Positions 25,111-35,200 of a stretch of 64,000 nt of DNA are shown in pieces. The notes beneath the pieces are model-generated. The model did no database searches, was not told where the DNA came from, and was given only the letters and a program-made list of their open reading frames with translations. Position 1 is the first letter of the stretch. Every line of letters starts with the position of its first letter. A program made the translations under genes and the position numbers. Source of the DNA: Macrostomum lignano (lineage: Eukaryota); the NCBI GenBank assembly GCA_002269645.1, contig NIVC01000067.1, positions 620,001-684,000 on the forward strand, written 5' to 3'.

Positions 25111-28100
25111 ATGGCATTGGCAGCCTATTCTTCTGTGATAAAACGACCATCCAAAATTCACACTGCCACAGTAAGTTATGTCTGTTAAAGAGGCTTTATA
25201 GGTAAATGATGTAGTCTATCAAAAATGCTAGCTTCGATGAAAATTATAAATGCAACAAATAGATTTTTTATTTCTCATTAGGCAGCTATGGAGTATATAT
25301 GGCTCAAGTAAAATAGCTAAATATGCTTTGTATAGGTATAGCCTTTGTGTATAGCTAATGCATTATTTTAATCAAATAACAGACTTCAGAATTAGAAAAA
25401 GAATGTCAGCTTGAAGAATTAAAATACTTTTTCAGTTACAGTAAAGGTATTGCAGAGCATTTTATCAGTTTAGGCCTATTTTCTCATCTCATTAAAATAG
25501 GATATCAAAAAGCAAACTGGGATACTAAAATTCCATACTTAAAAGCATGAAAACTTTAGACTTAAGATAGGCCCATTATATTATATTATTACTATTAGCT
25601 ACCAGGCCAATAGGCATGTATAATCGTTTTTGCTAGAAGATATTAATTATAATGTTTTAATATCAACTTTTTGTTCAAAGCAAAATTTTAGCAATGTTTT
25701 ATGCCATAAGGGCAAGATTTTACTTAAAAACATGACCAATTTTCATTTAAAAGCCAAAAGTTTGTTAGCTAACCCTTTGCCTCTCCTAGATTGTTTTTAT
25801 GAGCTATTGTAATTAAGTAGCAAATTCTAATAAGTATGACCTATAAATCTATGATACCTTGCTTATTATTATATGAATAAATATAATATTTTTATTTAAT
25901 AATGCTAGTACTCATGAAATGCTTTTGCTTTATTTATTATATAGACTTAATTTCATGTATTTTTCTTAAAGCTTTTTATTTCCCATTTCCATAATTGTTA
26001 ATATGATATTCTTATTGAGCTCCTTATATTACAAGTAGTGTTTTAATGATAATGCTACTTTTATCTAAAAATCTACTTACCTTATTTTTCCTATTCAGTT
26101 AGTTTTCCTACATGGCCTTGGCGACAATGGACATGGATGGTCAGAGATTCTTTGGCCACTGCTGCCACCCTACTGCCGCTTGGTGTGCCCTCATGCGCCA
26201 GTGCGACCCCTCACTGTCTATGGTGGCGAGCAAATTCCCGCCTGGTTTGATGTGCTTGCTAGGAGTCCCAGTTCGGCTGTGCAGGTGAATCTAGAACTTC
26301 AAAAAGTTTATAGTCATCCTTCTCGCCTTTCATAGTGTTGACACAGTCTATGATATATTAGACTTTGGGGGGGAGGCGTAGCCTAGTGGTCTAGCGCGGC
26401 GCTCCGATGTGTCAGCGGCTCTCAGGCTCGATTCCAAGTGCAGTCACATTAATTTTTGGGTTGAATTTGGAATCTCGGCTTGGCTGTGCTCGTGCAATTA
26501 ACGCCCCGAGAGCCAATCCCCAAGGAACAGTGAGGTGTACATGCCTAACAATAAATAGAGTTATCTCGCCTCGCCTCTCTCCAGTTGTGTGAAAATTTCG
26601 CCTAATGGCCGGTTCACGTTACTGCTACTATATAGCTCCGCGGGTCCAAGATTGATCAAATCAATTTCAACATGGGTCTGAACCAACTGCAAATTGATTT
26701 GATCAATCTTTGGACCCACGTAGCTACTAGCGGTAATGTGAACCCCACCTTAAGTGTGCCAGGATGCACACAGCCCTCCTGCCTCTCGAAAAGTATTAGA
26801 CTTTGGGAGCTTGAATTCATCTGAAAGTTCTTGCTACAGCCTCAAATGAGTAGCTACTCTATGAAATCTGTTTTCTTTCATGAGATATTAAATATACTCA
26901 GCAACCCCTCAATTTACTTGTTTTATCAAGAGGCACAGAAGTCATTAACCTTTATTTACACGTTACTGAATCCTCAATGGCATTGCTTAACTTCCGTGCC
27001 GCATGACGTAAGCGTAAGTTAAGGCGCTGCTGAGTAAAATTACAGTCTGAATTGCAGAAACTTATTACTTGATTGTTATTTTTGATGATGTAGCAGCATT
27101 TGTAGTAGTAGTGAAGTACTAAAAAGTAGTGATACTTTTAACCGTTGCTTTCGTTTTATAGCTTCCTGTGATATAAAACTTTATGAACTGATAGCGGCAA
27201 ATCTCTTCTACAGACTGCTTTTTGAATTTTTAAAATTGATACCAGAGAACAAAAGTTATACCCACGAAAGAAACAGTACCTGTACCATAGAGTTACACAA
27301 ATTATAGGCAGAGCTTCACGAGATCCATGCCGAGTAAGCTTTGATGAATTGTTGATTTCAGCTTGTTCAACCTGTCAGCGATCTCTCTAATGGTCAAGAA
27401 GATCAGGTCGATGAAAGTATGGCCGCCACGTCCGATGCTGATCTGCCAAGTCAGTCGTTCCCTCGCTGAACTGCTCAATCCATCGATAAACTGTCATTTT
27501 GCTGACCGCAGAGGATCCGTGCGCAGAGCAAAGTTTTGCGTGAATCTCTGAGGCACTATGGCCAGCACCCCAAAGAGTGAAGATGGCACTTTGCTGAGCA
27601 ACAACTGAGTGCACATCCATGTGTGTTGTCGAGTATGGGCAATGGATAAATAATCAGCGGTCCCAGTGCCGGCGCGAGCCATAGACAAATCGTTGTCACG
27701 TGCTGCGACCGCTGATTCTTTGCATTGTTTTTCTATTTGACGATCCTACAGACAATGCATTGCTTGTAGTAATTGATTGTTCTGCATTAAAAATGTGAAT
27801 AATGATCGTCAAATTGCTAGACAATGAAATCATGAACGAATCGCAAAATGCAAGCTCCTCTGTTTGCAAGTAAATTAATGAATTTAATGCTTTATTTTTC
27901 TGCGCATGATCCCGTCCATAGACAAATTTCAGTCAGTCACAGTGAGCATCATTTTGCAATTGGGCTTTGCTTAAACCATGGACTTCTATACTTAGCAGAT
28001 GCTAAGTATAGAAGTCCATGGCTTAAACAAGACATCTATCGATGCCTTCTTAATGAATGAGTGCAGAAGTCGACTATTATAAATTTCGATATAGTTTGTG

Positions 28101-30068
28101 TAACTCTATGGTACAGGTACTGTTTCTTTTGTGGGTATAACTTTTGTTCTCTAGTATCAATTTTAAAAATTCAAAAAGCAGTCTGTAGAAGAGATTTGCC
28201 GCTATCAGTTCATAAAATTTTTAATCACAGGAAGCTATAGAACGAGAGCTACGGTTAAAAGTATCACTACTTTTTGGACACCCCTCGTAGTTCCATTTTT
28301 AATGCTTTAGAAACCAATAATCCACAAGACCCTTGGTAACTCTCTGGTCGATTTCGCCGCTTTGCGCTTCCACCTGATTGTTGCCATGCCTGCAAACTCG
28401 ATCCAGGACCCATCCAGCGTAGCCGAAGCTGTCAGCAGTTTGAACCGGCTGCTAGCAGCCGAAGTCGCCGCGTTGCCGTCGACCGGCCGGCTACTCCTTG
28501 GTGGCTTCTCCCAGGGCGGCGCGCTCGCCCTGTACGCGGGACTGGCCGGAGGTTTGAGCTGCCGCCTGGCTGGCCTTGTTGGCCTGTCCTGCTACCTGCC
28601 GCTGATGGAGCAGGCGTACGGCAAGACTGAGTGTAGGCGCGACTGTTTAATTTTTTGTTAACTTTTAGATATCCTTTCTGACTGGTTCAGTAGGTGTTCC
28701 TACTGTGTTCAATGGGTTCCCAATGAGCTCTTGGCTTACCTTATAACAGTAATAGGGTAAAAGCGGAGTCAGGACGTGGCTTGATTTTCAATCTGCATTT
28801 TCAATATTTTTCACCCTGCAGGAATAACACGAGCTTAAGGGTATTGGCAAAGATCGCCACTTGAACAAACGTCACTCTAAAGGCCAGTTTTGTTCGTATA
28901 GCTTGGGGCTTATTAGCTAGATGTACAGTTGTAAACCAGGTGAAAGTGAGAGTTGGTCTTTTGATAGTTGATGAGTGTAATACTACTTTACACTGTTTCA
29001 TAATAATTTCAAACATCTCCAATTCTCCATCAAATACTTGTTATCCATACACTTCTTCACGTCTTATTTCTAAATCTAAACCCAGGTTCGATCTTCTATC
29101 AATTTTAAATGCAACAAAGCCAATTGCCTTGTCCCATATGGCGCAATCATTAAAATATGAATACCTTTGCTACGAGAAGGTCAGGACCGCTGTACTAATG
29201 CTCCATGTCGGACAGCGGCATTGCAATCGCTAATCCACAGCTACAAACTCTGCAGGCGGTGTTGCATCGGGCAGCGGCCAGTCGCAGCCGCCCGTGTTCC
29301 TCGCCCACGGTGACGCCGACGAAGTTGTGCTGCCAGAGAGAAGCCGGGCAGCTGGCCAGCTGATGCGGGAGAAGCTGGGCGTGACCGATCTGCGGTATCA
29401 CGTCTACCCAGGACTGGAGCACTGCAATGGCAATCAGGCGAGTTCTCAACCTCCTGGCGTTGCTTGCTATTTTAACCAATGTGCTGGTAGGTAGATGCAA
29501 CTTCTGGCTGTAGTCACTCTGCAGCCAACGATGTAGCCGTTAAGATTGTCTCTTGATCTTCTGACCCCCCTGACCCTGCATGGCAGGTTAAACTACGGCA
29601 AAAAGGTTGCATTTTATTCTTGTTCATTCTCTTCCTATTTTGTATCTATTGTAGTCTTATGCAAAGCGAGACATTTACCTGTAGCTGGTTCAATCGTGTC
29701 TGTGCAAATTTAAGAAAATCAGACAGTGTACATACCTGTAGCTACCATGCAGTGTACCGCAACGGTTTAATTAGCTCGCTCGTACCTTCTTGAGCGTCCA
29801 TCTTCATGCACCGTTTCCATTCCCAATGAAGTAATACAGCTACATGTATTTATAATTAGTTGACTCACTGGATTTCACAGCTGAACCCTTATAGCTAGGC
29901 TTTCATAGATTCACTCAGACTGAGAATACAGACTATACATTTTCAGTTTTGATCACCGTAGATCACTCTACATCTATACACATGTAGAGCCTATATAAAT
30001 ATCCATTTCAGGAAATGGCCGACTTAAAAGACTTCATCTGGTCCGTGCTGTCGGAGAAGCAACCTTAA
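25111..30068 (+). CDS. LYPLA1: Acyl-protein thioesterase (APT1/LYPLA1/2-like), ~237 aa (exons 25111-25170, 26099-26284, 28407-28620 or 28632, 29241-29437, 30012-30068)
   Basis: HTAT|LVFLHGLGDNGHGW, CPHAP.RP, PAWFD, GGFSQGG (nucleophile Ser), LSCYLP, FLAHGDAD (Asp), YPGLEH (His) and EMADLKDFI. All splice phases are compatible. The last intron has a GC donor (CAG|GCGAGT). Confidence 0.95.
26370..26793 (+). mobile_element. tRNA-derived SINE with 14-bp TSD (APT1 intron 2)
   Basis: A-box TAGCCTAGTGG (26379-26389) and B-box-like GGCTCGATTCC (26425-26435). TATTAGACTTTGGG is duplicated at 26356-26369 and 26794-26807. Confidence 0.8.
26606..26750. mobile_element. PIF/Harbinger-like 145-bp MITE nested in the SINE
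   Basis: Long imperfect inverted arms (GGTTCAC.TTAC.GCTA..GGGTCCAA.GATTGATCAAATCAATTT); TAA at 26603-26605 and 26751-26753. Confidence 0.7.
27109..28287 (-). mobile_element. Internally deleted mariner element with transposase N-terminal HTH remnant
   Basis: About 190-bp inverted repeats (27121-27305 and 28090-28275). The right end reads TA|CGAGGGGTGTCCAAAAAGT on the minus strand; the left end is decayed. ORF 27387-27620(-) SASEIHAKLCSAHGSSAVSKMTVYRWIEQFSEG..LADQHRTWRP resembles the mariner N-terminal HTH. Confidence 0.85.
27975..28022. mobile_element. 48-bp perfect hairpin flanked by TTAA (micro-MITE) inside the mariner
   Basis: 21-bp arms CCATGGACTTCTATACTTAGC / GCTAAGTATAGAAGTCCATGG with a 4-nt loop and TTAA on both sides. 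Confidence 0.6.
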
Positions 30069-31379
30069 AAATGAAAGAGACCGGCATGCTGAAAATCGCA
30101 TTTACTGCTGCTGCTGTAACAGTTGTTGCTTGTGTTGAGCTAATTTTGTCATCGTTTTAGCCAGAAATTCTGTCACATTCATAATTATAAGGATAACGGC
30201 AAGTTCATCCAACTGATGATGCATAGCGCTAAGCTTAATATTAATCACCGATGTCAATCTGCCTGTCAATTCTGCATATCTATTTCCATAAGCCATAAGA
30301 AGGATCAATTGTCAAGATGGAAGCTCAGATTTTTACAGATTAGTGGATAGATTTATGATCTGAGAAAATTACAAAAAGATTACGCCTTTTCACTATCGAG
30401 GGGAGGGCGCTGCCACACCCCCCCCCCGATTGCCCCGGAATCATTAGTGCGGGTCTCCGCTCGCGAAGTTAAAATGAGAAAGGAGAGGGAAAATAGAGAG
30501 GAAAGGGATCAAGGAGGGAGGGCACGAGGATGGGAGGGGCAGAAGAAAGTGGAAGAGGGAGGAAAGATCATCTCAACCATCCAATGAAAATCTCACCCCT
30601 GATAGCATCCCCAAACAGTAGTTTGTGTGACGGAGAACTGAATTCATACCTGTATCATAGGGCTAGAATGAGCTCTCAGACACACCTCAAACCTCATCTC
30701 AACATCAAACAAGCTTGAGTTTCTGTGACTGAGAGTTTTGGCGGACAATACTTTTAACATTGAATAAAGTAAAACAAGCGACAAAGTCTCAAAACTCAAA
30801 ACGGCTCTCTGACTAAACCACCGTAATAAACGAAGTCTAAGTAAAAAAATAATAGCTACGATGTGAGAAATTTATTGATAGTGGTGTCTCTGGCAGATTG
30901 ACGTCGCAATTGAACTCACAATGTCGAAAACTTTAGCAAGGGCCGAACACTATACTGCATAGTTCTTGTTATATTAAATTTTCGACGTGGAGTTTCGAGC
31001 TTATGAAGTTTCAACCTTGTGAGAGTGGCTGCTATTGGCTCTCTGCAGTGCAGTCTGACAAAACTTAATTATGGTCATGCAATTGTAGATGTCCAGTTAT
31101 GAAAATATTGGTTTGCTTGACAAAAAGACAAGCAGCTTTAAATCAAGATTGACACATTTTCGATTCCGGCTATAAATGTTAATTAACTTTAGTATGTATA
31201 GAGTAACATCACATGAAATCCAATGATGTAATATGATTATGAAACACGTATATTAATTGCAAGCGTTTTAAAGACGACGGCTATATATACAATTTTCATA
31301 AAGAAATTTCGAACAACTAATTGTTGAAAAGCAATTATTCAAAGCGAATTGAATGAGAACAAGTACATGAAAATCAATA

Positions 31380-31522
31380 TTAAAAATGTAGCCAACTATA
31401 GCTAATGGTGGGGGGCAAGTGGATTTTGCCGAAGAACAAGCCATGCAGCTCCTCATCGGCCTCATCTGGGTCTTGACCCTTCTCCGGGATAAAGACCCAC
31501 TCCAGCAGCTTGAATAGCGCAC
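31380..31522 (-). CDS. Putative orphan terminal exon (ALFKLLEWVFIPEKGQDPDEADEELHGLFFGKIHLPP...)
   Basis: Good acceptor TCTCTTCACCTAG at 31523 followed by a GC3-rich open frame; the upstream partner exon is uncertain. Confidence 0.3.
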
Positions 31523-32222
31523 CTAGGTGAAGAGAACTAGCTATATGGTAATTTGCAGTGTTGTGAGTTGAAGTCAAACTTTTACTCAAAGCGGGTTCTT
31601 ATAGCTTTTTTGAGTTGCAAGTAGAGAGTTAGCCAGCAACTATATAGCTATGCCTATTTTTTACAACCGAGAACTCTGTCTAAAGAGTTCTGATAGATCG
31701 AGTTACTACTCAGACTAATGGTCGCGGAAATTGCTTATTTCTTAAAACCTAGTATGCAAATGGCTTTGCAAGTCGGCAACACAAGCTCATAAATGCACCA
31801 ATTATAGCTATGTACTGGTAGAACTTCATATCCGCAAATACGCTTTGGTTTCCATTCGGACATTTATCCGACTGTAAAAGTCCTGGGACAACTATATAGC
31901 AATGCATACGAGCGTACTGAATATATGGGATCGATCCTCCAATTGACACATTAAAACTAATGGGATTTTTATGGAATTCACAATTTTGTTTCAAATAGTA
32001 TAAGCTAAAAACTTAATGTTAGCCACCACCAATCTTTTGCACCTTGGTCCTACGAGTACAAGATGATTGCCAGTTTTGTCTATTTAATAATTACTAACTA
32101 TTCTATATGCTTTATAGTAGTCTTGTTTTATCGCGCAGCCATTTGACTGAAAAGTGTACAGCTTGTATAATTACTCTCATATCCCGGAGATTTGTACACG
32201 CAAGTGCATGGATCGGATGAAG

Positions 32223-35200
32223 CTATGAACAAGATCCGTCACTCGGCGTCGTCGACACCGGGGGAATCCGATGCAGCCAGAGCATGGCCAGCGGTCCTCC
32301 TCGCATGAGCCGGCCGTCCGGCACGGGCCCGGCCAGTTTCTGCGGCCGAATCCGGCGCAACGGCTCTCGGCCGATCGTGCCGGCGTCCCAGACGGTCAGC
32401 GGCAAGCGCAGGCCCTCTGACCAGCTGCAGTTGGCTAGGCACAGGTCCAGCAGGGAGGCGCCAACGAATGCGCCTGGTTGGGAAGGCGCCAAACGGGACA
32501 GCAGCGTCACGAGATGGTGGCTGGTGTTCACAGTGAGGATGGCCGACCTGCTGTGCTGGTCCAGCGGTGTCCAGGGTGGCACGTCTCTGTGAAATGTGAA
32601 TAGGTTGTAGAATTAAGCAAAATACTCCTATAAAATGTTTCTGCATGTAGTTACATGTAATTCATTACATCCACTGTACTTGAAGCGTATTACCTATAGC
32701 TAGAAAAGAGTAGTTGCCTTTTTTACTGTACTTTATTGTCTTTAGATTCCAATTAAATTTACTCAATCAACAGTACAGTTGCAATTGCGACAGGCCGCGG
32801 TGCCCCCTACGTGACTCGCTCGTTGCATACTATCTTTCTTGAAGGCGGCGAGCTCTGGTACATAAATGTACACTGTAGATGTACATGTAATCAGTAACCT
32901 TTACGCTTGCATGTAATTGTGCCAAGTCCCATTCCGCCCCTGCAATTAGAGTTCCATTGAATCAAAACTCCAAAGCGGTCAAAAAATACGTGTCATATAC
33001 ATCCACCATTATTCTTATGTCCTATGTCCAAGGTTTTGTCTTATGTCCCAGCAGCCATCAGCACATTATTAGTGTTATTTAGTAATTAGCCACTACCTGA
33101 CCACTGTAGCAGAATCTGCATGGTTTTAAAGCCGCTAGGAATTTTGCTTTCCCTATATACTTTTTCCCTCGTCATATTTCCTCCATTTTGCTGGGGAGGG
33201 GGCTGCATGGTTTGCACGCTAATCCCCCTTCTAATAGTCAAGTCGAAGGCCGAAAACCTTTAAATTAGCCATACGAGTGTAGCCTCGCTCTTGTAGTTAA
33301 GAATTGCTTGATGGGATTGCAATAATTTGTCGACGTCACTGCAGACTGGGAGCTCTCCACAATTGCCTAATTTTACAGTCCCGTCAGCCTGCGTTACATG
33401 TTAAGTCCTCCGTAGGGGGTCCATGGCGCCAGAGCCATATAAGTTCGCTAATTGTCTCTGGCGGCTCTGCCGGCCACTGGCTGCACTGACCTGAAATTTG
33501 TACTTGCGACTTTTCACTGCTGAAGCCGGTTCGCATTACCGCCTGTAGCTCTGTTTGTTAAACATTGCTCAAATCAAGCTAAAAATGGGCTTGAACCAAG
33601 GGCTGCGTGGATTCGGGGGCCGCCGTCATTAAATTTGATTGGACACCATTTCATTGACTAAAGCGCCATTTCATTGACTAAAGCGCCATTTCATTGACTA
33701 AAGCGCCATTTCATTGACTAAAGCGCCATTTCATTTGACTAAAGCGCCATTTCATTGACTAAAGCGCCATTTCATTTGACTAAAGCGCCATTTCATTTGA
33801 TTAAATTGCCATTTCATTTGATTAAATTGCCATTTCATTGACTAAAGCGCCATTTCATTGACTAAAGCGCCATTTCATTTGATTAAATTGCCATTTCATT
33901 TGATTAAAGCGCCATTTCATTTGACTAAAGCGCCATTTCTTTTGACTAAAGCGCCATTTCATTTGATTAAATTGCCATTTCATTTGATTAAATTGCCATT
34001 TCATTGACTAAAGCGCCATTTCATTGACTAAAGCGCCATTTCATTTGATTAAATTGCCATTTCATTTGATTAAATTGCCATTTCATTTGATTAAATTGCC
34101 ATTTCATTGACTAAAGCGCCATTTCATTGACTAAAGCGCCATTTCATTTGATTAAATTGCCATTTCATTTGATTAAATTGCCATTTCATTTGATTAAATT
34201 GCCATTTCATTGACTAAAGCGCCATTTCATTGACTAAAGCGCCATTTCATTTGATTAAATTGCCATTTCATTTGATTAAAGCGCCATTTCATTTGACTAA
34301 AGCGCCATTTCTTTTGACTAAAGCGCCATTTCATTTGATTAAATTGCCATTTCATTTGATTAAATTGCCATTTCATTTGATTAAATTGCCATTTCATTGA
34401 CTAAAGCGCCATTTCATTGACTAAAGCGCCATTTCATTTGATTAAATTGCCATTTCATATGATTAAATTGCCATTTCATTTGATTAAATTGCCATTTCAT
34501 TGACTAAAGCGCCATTTCATTGACTAAAGCGCCATTTCATTTGATTAAATTGCCATTTCATTTGATTAAAGCGCCATTTCATTGACTAAAGCGCCATTTC
34601 ATTGACTAAAGCGCCATTTCATTTGATTAAATTGCCATTTCATTTGATTAAATTGCCATTTCATTTGATTAAATTGCCATTTCATTGACTAAAGCGCCAT
34701 TTCATTGACTAAAGCGCCATTTCATTTGATTAAATTGCCATTTCATTTGACTAAAGTGCCATTTCATTTGACTAAAGTGCCATTTCATTGACTAAAGCGC
34801 CATTTCATTTGACTAAATTGCCATTTCATTTGATTAAAGCGCCATTTCATTTGACTAAAGCGCCATTTCTTTTGACTAAAGCGCCATTTCTTTTGACTAA
34901 AGCGCCATTTTTGACTAAAGCGCCATTTTTTTACTACAGCGTCATTTCATTTGACTAAAGTGCCATTTCATTTGACTAAAGTGCCATTTCATTGACTAAA
35001 GCGCCATTTCATTTGACTAAAATGCCATTTCATTTGACTAAAGCGCCATTTCATTTGACTAAAGCGCCATTTCTTTTGACTAAAGCGCCATTTCTTTTGA
35101 CTAAAGCGCCATTTTTGACTAAAGCGCCATTTTTTTAGTACAGCGTCATTTCATTTGACTGTAGTGCCATTTCATTTGATTGGGGAGCCATTTCATTTGA

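Noticed and set aside
26372-26445. tRNA gene
   Set aside because: Has A/B boxes but no convincing cloverleaf or acceptor stem, and is flanked by a TSD, so it is a SINE head.
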